In this document: piece after piece, positions 49,524-59,088 of the stretch
Numbering within the stretch: the stretch's first letter is position 1
Layout of the letters: every line of letters starts with the position of its first letter
Assembly: GCA_963816355.1 (NCBI GenBank)
Contig: CAWFKH010000003.1
Span: 576,001-640,000 of the forward strand
DNA: 64,000 bases
DNA from: an uncultured Gemmatimonadales bacterium
Lineage (GTDB): Bacteria; Gemmatimonadota; Gemmatimonadetes; Longimicrobiales; RSA9
Direction of reading: 5' to 3'
Position numbers and translations under genes: made by a program
The notes under the pieces: generated by a model
What the model saw: only the letters and a program-made list of their open reading frames with translations
The model's database searches: none
What the model was told of the DNA's origin: nothing

Positions 49524-50918
49524 ATGCCCGCGCCGCGCCGCGCACCGTCCCGCCACTTCGCTCCGCGACCGGCTGCGCGCCGATTCCTCGCCGCGGCGGC
49601 CGCCCTGCTGCTCGCGTCGGTGGCGGCCGCCTGCGCGCGCCCCGGGCCGCCGCCCGGCGGCACGCCCGACAAGGCGCCGCCGCGCGTCGTCGCGACCGTG
49701 CCGGAGGCGCTCGCCGTCGTCCCCGACTTCTCCGGCAAGGTCGAGATCCACTTCGACGAACGCCTCAGCGAGAAGGGCTTCGCCGATGCGGTCCTGGTCT
49801 CGCCGGCCACCGGCGCCTGGGACGTGCACCGCCACGGCGGCGACGTGGAAGTGGAGATGGCGAACGGCTGGAAGAAGGGCGTCGTCTACCGGATCCTCGT
49901 CCGGCCCACGGTGCAGGACCTGTTCGGCAACGCGCTCGCGGCGCCGTTCGAGCTGGTCTTCTCGACCGGTCCCGAGATCCCCGCGACCGTCCTGGGCGGC
50001 CTCGCCACCGACAGGCTGACCGGGAGCCCCGTGCCCGACGCGAGGATCGAAGCGGTGCACCTGCCGGACTCGACGACGTACGTCGACTTCTCGGACCAGC
50101 AGGGCGTGTGGGTGATGCGCCACATCCCGCTGGGCGACTACCTGCTGCGCGCCTACCTGGACCAGAACCGCAATCGCGCGCTCGATGGCTTCGAGCCGCG
50201 CGACTCGATCACGCGCGCGCTCACGGCGGCGGACACCTCCTTCGCGCGCCTCTCCCTGCTGGCGAACGACACCACGCCCGCGAACGTGACCGGCGCCGAA
50301 CTCGCCGACTCCGTCGACATCCGCGTCAAGCTCGACAAGGCGATCCCGCCGGACGTGCCGCTCGCCGGCGTGATCGTCCAGGTCTTCCATCTGCCCGACA
50401 GCGTGCAGGTTCCGGTCTCGCGCGTGCTGCAGGAGCACGTCTTCAAGGAGGAGCAGGACGCCGCCCGCGAGCGCGCGCTGAAGCAGGCCGCCGCGAGCGC
50501 CCGAGCGGCGGGCGTGGACACCGCGCGCGCCGGCGCCGCCGAGACCGCTCGCGCGGCGCCGCCGCGCGCCGCACCGCCGGTCGCCGCGCGCCCCGACACG
50601 GCCGCCGCAGACACGGCCGGCGAGCCCGCCGAGCTGCTCCCGGTGCGCGACTTCATCGTGCGCACCGCCGCGCCGCTCGCCCCCCGCACGCGCTATCGCG
50701 TCCTGGTGAGCGGCATCACGACGATCTACGGCATCCCCGGCGGCGGCGGGAACACCGTCTTCACGACGCCCGCGCCCCCGGCGCCGAAGCGCCCGCCAGC
50801 GGACAGCGCCGGCGCCGCCGCCCCCGATACCGCCGCCGCGGACACCACCGGCCGACGGCCGCGGCCGCCTTCGCCGCTGCGGCCGCCGCCGCGTTCGCCG
50901 CCGCGACCGCCCCGCTGA
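49524..50918 (+). CDS. Ig-like (Big_5-type) domain lipoprotein
   Basis: Lipobox VAAAC followed by A.PGPPPGG.PD..PP.V, FDE, DLFGN, FSTG, D.N.N...D..E. Confidence 0.8.
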   Translation: MPAPRRAPSRHFAPRPAARRFLAAAAALLLASVAAACARPGPPPGGTPDKAPPRVVATVPEALAVVPDFSGKVEIHFDERLSEKGFADAVLVSPATGAWDVHRHGGDVEVEMANGWKKGVVYRILVRPTVQDLFGNALAAPFELVFSTGPEIPATVLGGLATDRLTGSPVPDARIEAVHLPDSTTYVDFSDQQGVWVMRHIPLGDYLLRAYLDQNRNRALDGFEPRDSITRALTAADTSFARLSLLANDTTPANVTGAELADSVDIRVKLDKAIPPDVPLAGVIVQVFHLPDSVQVPVSRVLQEHVFKEEQDAARERALKQAAASARAAGVDTARAGAAETARAAPPRAAPPVAARPDTAAADTAGEPAELLPVRDFIVRTAAPLAPRTRYRVLVSGITTIYGIPGGGGNTVFTTPAPPAPKRPPADSAGAAAPDTAAADTTGRRPRPPSPLRPPPRSPPRPPR

Positions 50919-50921
50919 GCG

Positions 50922-52307
50922 ATGGCTGCCGACCCGCGCCGCCGCATACCGTCCGTCGACCGGCTGCTGGCGAGCCCGCCGTTCGCGGCGCTGCTCGCGA
51001 CCACTTCCCGCGACCGGCTGCGCGCGCTCCTCCAGGAGGTGCAGGAGCGGCTGCGACGCGAGATCGCCGGCGGCGCATCCGCGCCTGCTCACCTGCAGGA
51101 TGTTGGCTGGTACGCCGCCGCCGTGCGCCGCCGGCTCGACGAGCAGGAGCGCCCTTCGCTGCGCCGCGTCGTCAACGCCACCGGCGTCGTCCTGCACACG
51201 AATCTCGGCCGCGCCCCGCTCGCAGCCGTCGCGCGCGACGCGATCCTCGCCATCGCCCACGGCTACTCGAACCTCGAGTACGACCTCGCGACCGGCGCCC
51301 GCGGCTCCCGCTACGACCACTGCGTCGCGTTGCTGCGCGAGCTGACCGGCGCCGAGGCCGCGCTCGTCGTCAACAACAACGCGGCCGCGATCGTGCTCGC
51401 GGTGAACACGCTCGCGAGCGGCCGCGAGGCGGTGATCAGCCGCGGCGAGCTGATCGAGATCGGCGGCTCCTTCCGCATTCCCGACATCCTCGCCCGCAGC
51501 GGCGCCCGCATGGTCGAGGTGGGCACCACCAACCGCACGCACCTGCAGGACTTCGCGAGTGCGATCGGCGACGCGACCGGCGTCGTGCTCCGCGTCCACC
51601 GCTCCAACTTCGCCGTGACCGGATTCACCGCCGACGTCGCGGCCACCGACCTCGCCGCGCTCGCGCGGCAGCGCGGCGTGCCACTGCTCCACGACCTCGG
51701 CTCCGGCCTGCTCCTCGAGGCGGAGCGTCTCGGGCTGCCACCGGAGCCGACCGCCGCCGCCGCGCTCGGCGCCGGCGCCGATGTCGTCACGATGAGTGGC
51801 GACAAGCTTCTCGGCGGGCCGCAGGCCGGGATCGTCGTGGGTCGCGAGTCGATCGTCGCCCGCATGCGCCGCAACCCCCTATGTCGCGCCTTCCGCGTCG
51901 GGAAGGTGACGCTCGCCGCGCTCGAGGCCACGCTCGCGCTCTACCGCGAGCCGGAGCGCGCGCTGCGCGAGATCCCGACGCTGCGCATGATCACCGAGGC
52001 GGAGGCGGACGTCCGCGCCCGTGCGGAGCGCATCGCCGCTGCGCTGCTCGCGCGCGGCGTCGACACCCGTTGCGCTCCCGGGCGCGCGGCCGTCGGTGGC
52101 GGCGCCTACCCGGACCTGGACCTGCCGACGTGGCTCGTCGTGCTGCACGCCGATCGCGCGCCGGACGCGCTGCTCGCGCGCCTGCGCGCCGGCGAGACGC
52201 CGGTCGTGGCGCGCATCGTGGCCGACGCCGCCGTGCTCGACGCGCGCACCGTCGAAGACGCCGACATCCCCCTCCTGGCCGACGCGGTCGAGCGTGCGCT
52301 CGCCTGA
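50922..52307 (+). CDS. selA: L-seryl-tRNA(Sec) selenium transferase
   Basis: VVNATGVVLHTNLGRAPL, YSNLEYDL..G.RGSR, SRGELIEIGGSFRIP, EVGTTNRT, DLGSG, SGDKLLGGPQAG. Confidence 0.96.
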   Translation: MAADPRRRIPSVDRLLASPPFAALLATTSRDRLRALLQEVQERLRREIAGGASAPAHLQDVGWYAAAVRRRLDEQERPSLRRVVNATGVVLHTNLGRAPLAAVARDAILAIAHGYSNLEYDLATGARGSRYDHCVALLRELTGAEAALVVNNNAAAIVLAVNTLASGREAVISRGELIEIGGSFRIPDILARSGARMVEVGTTNRTHLQDFASAIGDATGVVLRVHRSNFAVTGFTADVAATDLAALARQRGVPLLHDLGSGLLLEAERLGLPPEPTAAAALGAGADVVTMSGDKLLGGPQAGIVVGRESIVARMRRNPLCRAFRVGKVTLAALEATLALYREPERALREIPTLRMITEAEADVRARAERIAAALLARGVDTRCAPGRAAVGGGAYPDLDLPTWLVVLHADRAPDALLARLRAGETPVVARIVADAAVLDARTVEDADIPLLADAVERALA

Positions 52308-52806
52308 GCCGGCCGGCCGGCCCGCCGCATTCCTCGACCGTGACGGCACGATCATGGACGACGCGGGCTACGTCGCCGACCCGGCGCAGGTGCGCCTGCT
52401 TCCCGGCGCCGCCGCCGCGCTGCGCCGCCTCGCCGCCGCCGGCTACGCCCTCGTCGTCGTGACGAACCAGTCGGGGATCGCCCGCGGCCTCATGAGCGAA
52501 GCCGACTTCCACGCCGTGCAGGCGCGCCTCGAGCAGCGCCTGGCCGAGGCCGGCGTCCACCTCGACGCCGTCTACCACTGCCCCCACCACCCCGCCTTCA
52601 CCGGGCCGTGCGAGTGCCGCAAGCCGGGGCTCGGCCTCTACCGCCGCGCCGCAGGCGATCTCGGCCTCGACCTCGCCCGTTCGCTGTTCCTGGGCGACAA
52701 GCCTTCCGACGTCGCGCCCGCCGCCCCACTCGGCGGCCGCGCCCGGCTCGTGACGGGGCAGGGAGGCCTCGGCGCCGCCGTCGAGGACCTGCTCGGCTCC
52801 GCGTGA
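52294..52806 (+). CDS. gmhB: HAD-IIIA phosphatase, GmhB-like (heptose-1,7-bisphosphate phosphatase)
   Basis: FLDRDGT, VTNQSGIARG, CPHHP....C.CRKP, GDK.SD. Confidence 0.85.
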   Translation: MRSPEPAGRPAAFLDRDGTIMDDAGYVADPAQVRLLPGAAAALRRLAAAGYALVVVTNQSGIARGLMSEADFHAVQARLEQRLAEAGVHLDAVYHCPHHPAFTGPCECRKPGLGLYRRAAGDLGLDLARSLFLGDKPSDVAPAAPLGGRARLVTGQGGLGAAVEDLLGSA

Positions 52807-53729
52807 GCGCAGCGCTCCGGCGCCTGCCTCCCGGCGTCCGCTACATGGCGGGCGCGGCGTTCTTCTTCAGCGTGATGAGCATGCTGGTGAAGCTCGCGGG
52901 CAGCCGGCTGCCGACGCAGGAGGTCGTGCTCGGGCGCTCCGCCGTGGGGCTGCTGCTCTCCTGGATCGCCCTGCGACGCCGCCGCATCCCGGCCTTCGGC
53001 CGGCGGCGAGGGCTCCTCTTCGTGCGCGGGCTGCTCGGGTTCGGCGCGCTCAGCGCGTTCTTCTACGCGCTCACGCGGCTGCCGCTCGCCGAGGCGACCG
53101 TCATCCAGTACACGAACCCGGTCTTCACGGGCGTGATCGCGGCCGTCGTGCTGGACGAGGCGATGAGCCGAGCGGACGTGCTCGCGGTCGCGCTGAGCCT
53201 CGTCGGCGTCGTCCTCGTCGCGCGGCCGCAGGCGCTCTTCGGTGGCGCCGCCACGCTCGATCCGATCGCCGTCGCCGTCGGCCTCGCCGGCGCGCTCCTC
53301 AGCGCCGCCGCCTACGTCGCCGTGCGCCGGCTCGGCGCGACCGAGGATCCGCTCGTCATCGTCTTCTATTTCGCCGCCGTGGCGGTGCTCGGCTCCATTC
53401 CGGACGTGGCCCTCGTCGGGATCGCGCCGACGGCGCTCGAATGGCTGCTGCTCGCGGCCATCGGCGTCGCGACCCAGCTCGGCCAGGTCCTGATGACGAA
53501 AGGGCTGCGCGCCGAGCGCGCCGGCCGCGCCACGGCCGTGGGCTACCTGCAGATCGTCTTCGCCGCCGTCTGGGGCGCCCTCTTCTTCCACGAGCTGCCC
53601 GGCCTCCTCGCCGTCTTCGGCGCCGTCCTCGTCGTCGCCGGCACCCTCGTCCTCGCCCGCTCCGGTGCGAGCGCTTCCCGACAACCTTTCCGGCTTTTCC
53701 CCACGGATCGGAGCGGTCCGGACGCTTAG
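52803..53729 (+). CDS. DMT/EamA family transporter
   Basis: About 10 TMs, RG..G, LPLAEAT.I.YT.P.F, GV.LV.RP, Y.QIVFA..WG...F.E.P. Confidence 0.9.
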   Translation: MSAALRRLPPGVRYMAGAAFFFSVMSMLVKLAGSRLPTQEVVLGRSAVGLLLSWIALRRRRIPAFGRRRGLLFVRGLLGFGALSAFFYALTRLPLAEATVIQYTNPVFTGVIAAVVLDEAMSRADVLAVALSLVGVVLVARPQALFGGAATLDPIAVAVGLAGALLSAAAYVAVRRLGATEDPLVIVFYFAAVAVLGSIPDVALVGIAPTALEWLLLAAIGVATQLGQVLMTKGLRAERAGRATAVGYLQIVFAAVWGALFFHELPGLLAVFGAVLVVAGTLVLARSGASASRQPFRLFPTDRSGPDA

Positions 53730-53802
53730 CTTCACCGGTACTTGGGAGTGTTTGCATGGCTCCGCGGGAGTCGGAGGTCGGGGAGAGCAGCTCCGGGAGC
53801 CA

Positions 53803-53834
53803 CGAAGGGAGTCGTCGCGAGACGGCTCCCTTCG
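53803..53834 (+). terminator. 14-bp hairpin with GCGA tetraloop (probable terminator)
   Basis: CGAAGGGAGTCGTC-GCGA-GACGGCTCCCTTCG, one G-U pair. Confidence 0.65.
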
Positions 53835-53879
53835 GCATTCTGCCCTGCCGCGCGGCCCGCGACGGCGCGCGGGCGCGGG

Positions 53880-53907
53880 TTGACACTCGATCATGCGCGC
53901 GCATATT
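53880..53907 (+). promoter_or_regulatory. Putative sigma70 promoter of iscA/erpA-nadA
   Basis: TTGACA, 16 nt spacer, CATATT. Confidence 0.55.
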
Positions 53908-54021
53908 CCTGAAACCTGTCGCCGCTCGCAGGGTATTTGCGGTGCGTAGGGCCGAACGATCCAACGGATTGCGGCCGCCCCGTCGCGGCCGAGGGCCGGA
54001 GCTCACGAGGAGGAATCCAGA

Positions 54022-54354
54022 ATGACGATCAACGTCACCCCGATCGCCGTCTCCGAGGTGAAGAAGTTCATGGAGGAGCAGGGGACCGCCGAAAGCAAGG
54101 CCGGCCTGCGCGTCGCCGTGCTGCCAGGTGGCTGCTCCGGCTTCCAGTACGGTCTCAACATCGAGGACGAGGCGCAGGAGGACGACGACGTCCTCGTCTG
54201 CAACGGCGTTCGCGTCTTCATCGATCCGTTCAGCGCCCAGTACCTCGACGGCGTCGAGATCGACTACGTCACCACCATGATGGGCGCCGGGTTCACCTTC
54301 AAGAACCCGAACGCCACCGGCGGTTGCGGCTGCGGCAGCTCGTTCACGGCCTGA
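54022..54354 (+). CDS. A-type iron-sulfur carrier (IscA/ErpA/HesB family)
   Basis: LRV.V..GGCSGFQYGL, F.F.NPNA...CGCGSSF; GAGGAGG SD. Confidence 0.96.
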   Translation: MTINVTPIAVSEVKKFMEEQGTAESKAGLRVAVLPGGCSGFQYGLNIEDEAQEDDDVLVCNGVRVFIDPFSAQYLDGVEIDYVTTMMGAGFTFKNPNATGGCGCGSSFTA

Positions 54355-54445
54355 TCCCGCTTCGGCCCGTGCGCGACGGGTCCGCGGGGATCGATCTCCG
54401 CGGGCCCTTCGCGCACCTCTCCTCCGCGAGCCCCGCGACGCGCCC

Positions 54446-55495
54446 ATGATCGCTCCGACGCGCCAGCGCTCCTCCGAGCCGCTCGAGACGCCGCTCCACT
54501 ACGCCCGTCTCTCCCACGACGACCTCGTCGCGCGCATCCGCGGCCGCAAGCGCGAGCTCAACGCCGTCATCCTCGGCCACAACTATCAGCGCGTCGACAT
54601 TCAGGACGTGAGCGACTTCGTCGGGGACTCGCTCGGCCTCTCCCAGCGCGCCGCCGAGACGGACGCGGACGTCATCGTCTTCTGCGGCGTCCATTTCATG
54701 GCCGAGACGGCCAAGATCCTCTCGCCCGGCAGGACCGTCCTCATGCCGGATGCGAACGCCGGCTGCCCGATGGCGGACTTCGCCACCGCCGCCGCCGTGC
54801 GCCGGCTCGCCGACCAGCATCCCCGCGCCGCCATCGTCGCCTACGTCAACTCGACCGCGGAAGTGAAGGCGCTCGCCGACGTCTGCTGCACCAGCTCCAA
54901 CGCCGTGCGCGTCGTCGAGTCGATCCCCGACGGGCAGCCGATCCTCTTCGTGCCGGACCGCAACCTCGCCGACTACGTGGCGCGCCGCACCGGGCGCGAC
55001 GACATCATCGCCTGGGAAGGCTACTGCTACGTCCACGACGACTTCGTGCTCCGCGAGCTGGACGCCGTCCTCGAGCGCCACCCCGACGCCCGCGTCGTCA
55101 TGCACCCCGAGGCGCGCCGCGATCTGCTCGACCGCGCCGACTACGTCGTCTCAACCTCCGGCATGGCCGAGCTCGCCGAGCGCCACGACACGCTCGTGAT
55201 CGGCACCGAGCGCGGCCTCGTCGACGCGCTCCAGCAGCGCTTCCCCCGCAAGACGCTGATCCCGCTCTCGCGCGCCGCGGTATGCGGCAACATGAAGATG
55301 AACACGCTCGCCAAGCTCGCCTGGTGCCTCGACCACCGCCGCCACGAGATCACGATCCCCGAGCACACCCGCGCCCGCGCGGAGCGCGCGCTCCGGCGCA
55401 TGCTCGACCTCTCCGACGGCTGGCGCGGTCCGACCGAGGAGGAGCGCCGCCTCGAAGAGGCCGGCCTGCGCGACCGCGGCTGCGGCTGCGCTTGA
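54446..55495 (+). CDS. nadA: Quinolinate synthase
   Basis: H.YQ, GDS, FCGVHFMAET, GCPMAD, YVNS, CTSSNA, PD.NL, C.VH, HPE, GTE, C..MK. Confidence 0.96.
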   Translation: MIAPTRQRSSEPLETPLHYARLSHDDLVARIRGRKRELNAVILGHNYQRVDIQDVSDFVGDSLGLSQRAAETDADVIVFCGVHFMAETAKILSPGRTVLMPDANAGCPMADFATAAAVRRLADQHPRAAIVAYVNSTAEVKALADVCCTSSNAVRVVESIPDGQPILFVPDRNLADYVARRTGRDDIIAWEGYCYVHDDFVLRELDAVLERHPDARVVMHPEARRDLLDRADYVVSTSGMAELAERHDTLVIGTERGLVDALQQRFPRKTLIPLSRAAVCGNMKMNTLAKLAWCLDHRRHEITIPEHTRARAERALRRMLDLSDGWRGPTEEERRLEEAGLRDRGCGCA

Positions 55496-55523
55496 TCGGC
55501 GTGCCGGCCGAGCGCGTGCGCCA

Positions 55524-56213
55524 GTGAGCGATCCGTCTCCGTTCGCCGCCTACGGCCCGCTCCGCGTCCAGACCTTCACCTCGCCCGCCTTCGGCGAGAA
55601 CGCCTACCTCGTCCGCTGCGGCGAGGGGGACGACGCCGTCGCGATCGACCCGGGCGGCGAGGCGGCGGCGATGGCCGACGCGGCGGAGAGCGAAGCGCTG
55701 CGCGTCCACGCGATCCTGCTCACCCACGCGCACCTCGACCACATCGAGGGCGTGGCCGAGCTCGTCCGCCGTACCCACGCGCCCGTGTACCTTCACCCCG
55801 ACGACCGGCCCCTCTACGACGCCGCCGCCCGGCAGGCCGAGATGTTCGGCCTCTCCGTCGAGACGCCGCCGCCGGTCGACCACGACATCCGGCCGCAGGC
55901 GCCGCTCGACTTCGGCGGCTGCCGCTTCGAGGTGCGCCACGTGCCCGGCCACTCGCCCGGCCACGTCCTCTTCTATTGCGGCGCCGCCGCCGTCGCGTTC
56001 GTCGGCGACGTCGTCTTCCACGGCTCGATCGGGCGCACCGACTTGCCCGGCGGTGAATACCGCCGCCTCATGGACTCGATCCGCGCGCACGTCCTGACGC
56101 TGCCGCCGCCGACCGTCCTCCTCTCCGGGCACGGCCCACCCACCACCGTCGCCCACGAGGCCACGACCAACCCGTTCCTCATCCCCCACTTCGGCGGGGG
56201 AAACTTCGCGTGA
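55524..56213 (+). CDS. MBL-fold metallo-hydrolase (glyoxalase II-like)
   Basis: THAHLDH, PGHSPG, GD..F.GSIGRTDLPGG, GHG. Confidence 0.93.
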   Translation: MSDPSPFAAYGPLRVQTFTSPAFGENAYLVRCGEGDDAVAIDPGGEAAAMADAAESEALRVHAILLTHAHLDHIEGVAELVRRTHAPVYLHPDDRPLYDAAARQAEMFGLSVETPPPVDHDIRPQAPLDFGGCRFEVRHVPGHSPGHVLFYCGAAAVAFVGDVVFHGSIGRTDLPGGEYRRLMDSIRAHVLTLPPPTVLLSGHGPPTTVAHEATTNPFLIPHFGGGNFA

Positions 56214-56914
56214 GCGCGCCCGCCGCCATCGCGGTCTTCGTGTCGGGCGGCGGCACCAATCTGCAGGCGCTCCTCGACGCCTTCGCCGCGCCGCCCGCCG
56301 CCCACGTCGCCCGCGTCCGCCTCGTCGTCTCCGACCGCCCCGACGCCGGTGCGCTCCGCCGCGCCCGCGACGCCGGCGTGCCGGACGTCGTCGTGCCGGT
56401 CGCCGGCCGCCCGGTCGACGAGGTCGCCGCCGATCTCCTGCGTGCGCTCGACGCCGCGCGCATCGACATCGTCGCCCTCGCCGGCTACCTGCGCCTCGTC
56501 CCCCCCGCCGTCGTGCGACGCTTCCACCGCCGCATGCTCAACGTCCACCCGGCGCTGCTCCCCGCCTTCGGCGGACCCGGCTTCTACGGCCGCCGCGTCC
56601 ACCGCGCCGTCATCGACGCCGGCTGCCGCGTCAGCGGCGCCACCGTCCACTTCGTCGACGAGGCCTACGACACCGGCCCGATCCTCGCCCAGTGGCCCGT
56701 GCCCGTCCGGCCCGGCGATACGCCCGAGGCCCTCACCGCCCGCGTCCTCGCCGTCGAACACGCCCTCTATCCCGCCGCCCTCGAGCGCCTCGCCCGCGAC
56801 GCCGTCGCCGGTGAAGTCGGCGAAGCGGGCGCGCGCGGAGGGGCGGCCTTCCACCTCCTTGACGACTCCGCGCCCACCCGCGACGAGGTGCGGCGCGCAC
56901 TCGGACTCGACTGA
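56210..56914 (+). CDS. purN: Phosphoribosylglycinamide formyltransferase
   Basis: SGGGTNLQA, LAGY, N.HP.LLP.FGG, G.TVHFV...YD.GPI..Q, EH. Confidence 0.96.
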   Translation: MSAPAAIAVFVSGGGTNLQALLDAFAAPPAAHVARVRLVVSDRPDAGALRRARDAGVPDVVVPVAGRPVDEVAADLLRALDAARIDIVALAGYLRLVPPAVVRRFHRRMLNVHPALLPAFGGPGFYGRRVHRAVIDAGCRVSGATVHFVDEAYDTGPILAQWPVPVRPGDTPEALTARVLAVEHALYPAALERLARDAVAGEVGEAGARGGAAFHLLDDSAPTRDEVRRALGLD

Positions 56915-56922
56915 ACGGAACC

Positions 56923-58524
56923 ATGCCGAGAGCGATCCTGAGCGTATCCGACAAGACCGGCCTCGTCCCCTTCGCCCGCGGCCTCGCCGCGCTGGGCTTC
57001 GAGCTCGTCTCGACCGGCGGCACCGCCCGCGCGCTGCGAGACGCCGGCCTCTCCCCCCGCCCCGTCGGGGACGTCACCGGCCACCCCGAGATGATGGAGG
57101 GCCGCGTCAAGACGCTGCACCCCGCCGTTCACGCCGGCATCCTCGCGCGCGCCGGCAACGACGACGACCGCCGCGCGCTCGCCGAGCACGGCTACGCCGA
57201 GGTCGACCTCGTCGCCGTCAACCTCTACCCGTTCCGCGCGTCCGTCGCCGCCGGCGCCGACCTCGCCACCGCGATGGAGAACGTCGACATCGGCGGCCCC
57301 ACCATGCTCCGCGCCGCCGCCAAGAACCACGCCCGCGTCCTCGCCGTCGTCGATCCCGCGGACTACGACGCCGTCCTCGACGCGCTTCGCGCCGGCCCCG
57401 TGCCGGACGTGCTCCGCCGCGCCCTCGCCGCGAAGGTCTTCGCTCACACCGCCGCCTACGACGACGCCGTCGCCGGCTACCTCGCCGCCGCCCCCTTCGC
57501 TCCCGCCGACGCTTCGCCGCCCGCGCCCGCCGACGCTTCGCCGCCCGCTCCCGCCGATGACTTCCCGGCGCGCCTCGCGCTCGCCTTCGCGAAGCGGCAG
57601 GAGCTGCGCTACGGCGAGAACCCGGACCAGCGCGCCGCTTTCTACGCCGAGCCGGACGCGCCCGCCGGCTCGCTGCCCCGCATGCGGCAGCTCCACGGCA
57701 AGGAGCTCTCCTACAACAACCTGATCGATGTCGACGCGGCGCTCATGGCGGTGACGCCGTGGGCATCCGGCGAGCGCGCGGCGTGCGTCGTCGTCAAGCA
57801 CACCACGCCGTGCGGCCTCGCCCTGGGCGAGAACGCGGCCGACGCCTTCCGTCGCGCCCTCGCCGGCGACCCGGTCAGCGCCTTCGGCGGCATCGTCGCC
57901 TTCAACCGGCCCGTGGACGCCGCCGCCGCCGGCGCTCTCGCCGAGCTCTTCCTCGAGGTCGTCGTCGCCCCCGCTTTCGACAAGGGCGCGCGCGAGTTGC
58001 TCGAGCGCAAGAAGAACCTGAGGCTGATCGAGCTGCAGCCGACGGCGCCGGCACCCGACGAGCTCGACTACCGCCGCGTCCGCGGCGGCCTCCTCGTCCA
58101 GGACCGGCTCTCGCTCGCGTTCCCCGAGGAGGCGTGGAGCGTCGTCACGCGCCGCGCTCCGGACGACGCCGAGTGGCGCGACCTCCGCTTCGCCTGGCGC
58201 GCCTCCGCCGCGGTGAAGTCGAACGCGATCGTCCTCGTCAAGGAGGAGCGCACCGTCGGCATCGGCGCCGGTCAGATGAGCCGCGTCGACGCCTCCCGCA
58301 TCGCGGTCATGAAGGCCCACGACCAGGACGTCGACCTCGCCGGCGCCGTCCTCGCCTCGGACGCTTTCTTCCCCTTCCGTGATGGTGTCGACGCCGCGGC
58401 CGACGCCGGCGTCGCCGCGATCATCGAGCCGGGTGGCTCCATCCGCGACGCCGAGGTGATCGCCGCCGCCGACGAGCACGGCATCGCGATGGTGTTCACG
58501 GGGAGGCGCGTGTTCCGGCACTGA
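56923..58524 (+). CDS. purH: Bifunctional AICAR transformylase/IMP cyclohydrolase
   Basis: [55 protein letters not shown]. Confidence 0.98.
   Translation: MPRAILSVSDKTGLVPFARGLAALGFELVSTGGTARALRDAGLSPRPVGDVTGHPEMMEGRVKTLHPAVHAGILARAGNDDDRRALAEHGYAEVDLVAVNLYPFRASVAAGADLATAMENVDIGGPTMLRAAAKNHARVLAVVDPADYDAVLDALRAGPVPDVLRRALAAKVFAHTAAYDDAVAGYLAAAPFAPADASPPAPADASPPAPADDFPARLALAFAKRQELRYGENPDQRAAFYAEPDAPAGSLPRMRQLHGKELSYNNLIDVDAALMAVTPWASGERAACVVVKHTTPCGLALGENAADAFRRALAGDPVSAFGGIVAFNRPVDAAAAGALAELFLEVVVAPAFDKGARELLERKKNLRLIELQPTAPAPDELDYRRVRGGLLVQDRLSLAFPEEAWSVVTRRAPDDAEWRDLRFAWRASAAVKSNAIVLVKEERTVGIGAGQMSRVDASRIAVMKAHDQDVDLAGAVLASDAFFPFRDGVDAAADAGVAAIIEPGGSIRDAEVIAAADEHGIAMVFTGRRVFRH
57499..57558. 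repeat. 24-bp coding tandem repeat in the purH linker (APADASPP x2.5)
   Basis: GC(T/G)CCCGCCGACGCTTCGCCGCCC twice plus a partial copy. Confidence 0.85.
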
Positions 58525-58547
58525 TGGACGGCAGAGGGGGGCGGGTT

Positions 58548-58585
58548 TCCGGAGGCTGCCGCGCACCTGGCCGGCAGCCTCCGGA
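58548..58585. terminator. Perfect 14-bp hairpin between convergent purH and hsp20
   Basis: TCCGGAGGCTGCCG / CGGCAGCCTCCGGA. Confidence 0.65.
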
Positions 58586-58647
58586 TCCCGGATTCACATG
58601 GGGCGAGAATCGCCGACCGCTGAGGCGCCGCCTTCCGGCGCGGCGGT

Positions 58648-59088
58648 CTACTGGACCGCGACCTCGATCCTGCGGCCGGTCGCCTTGGCCGTCTTCGGCA
58701 TGTGGATCTTCACCACGCCGTTCTTGAACTCCGCCCGGATCTTCTCCACGTCGATCGAAGGCGGAAGCGTGAACGAGCGCTCGAACGCGCCGTAGACGCG
58801 CTCGAAGACGTGATACTTCGCTTCCTTCTCCTCGTGCTCCTCCTTCTTCAGGCCGCGCAGGGTGAGGATGTTCTCCTCGACCGTGACGTCCACGTCCGCG
58901 GGATCGATCCCGGGCAGCTCGGCCGTGAGCAGATACTCCTCGTTCATGTCGACCAGCTCGACGGCGGGCTTCCAGGCCGAAGTCTCCGTGCCCGCCGGGA
59001 AGATGCGACGGAACAGATTCTCGAACTCGTCGCCGTCGCCGATGCGGAAGAGCTCCGGTACCCGGGCCCTTGGCCTCGTGACCAGCAT
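58648..59088 (-). CDS. Small heat-shock protein (Hsp20/alpha-crystallin)
   Basis: W.PAV, AELPG, L..RG.K, ER.YG.F.RSF.LP, A.FKNGV..I..PK, IEV tail; AAGGAGG SD. Confidence 0.95.
   Translation of the reverse strand: MLVTRPRARVPELFRIGDGDEFENLFRRIFPAGTETSAWKPAVELVDMNEEYLLTAELPGIDPADVDVTVEENILTLRGLKKEEHEEKEAKYHVFERVYGAFERSFTLPPSIDVEKIRAEFKNGVVKIHMPKTAKATGRRIEVAVQ

Noticed and set aside
53770..53795. SRP (4.5S) RNA-like AGGTC...AGCAGC
   Set aside because: Lacks the TCC-GGAA-GGA helix-8 hairpin and the long flanking stem; kept only as a generic sRNA candidate
54355..54445. NAD+-I (nadA motif) riboswitch upstream of nadA
   Set aside because: I could not find the conserved core of that motif; only a simple long hairpin is present
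31450..55495. Selenoproteins among Cys-motif genes (trxA, iscA, nadA) given selA
   Set aside because: All catalytic positions are Cys codons; no in-frame UGA with continued homology was seen
56150..56925. ZMP/ZTP (pfl) riboswitch before purN/purH
   Set aside because: The genes overlap or lie 8 nt apart, so there is no leader space, and no motif is seen
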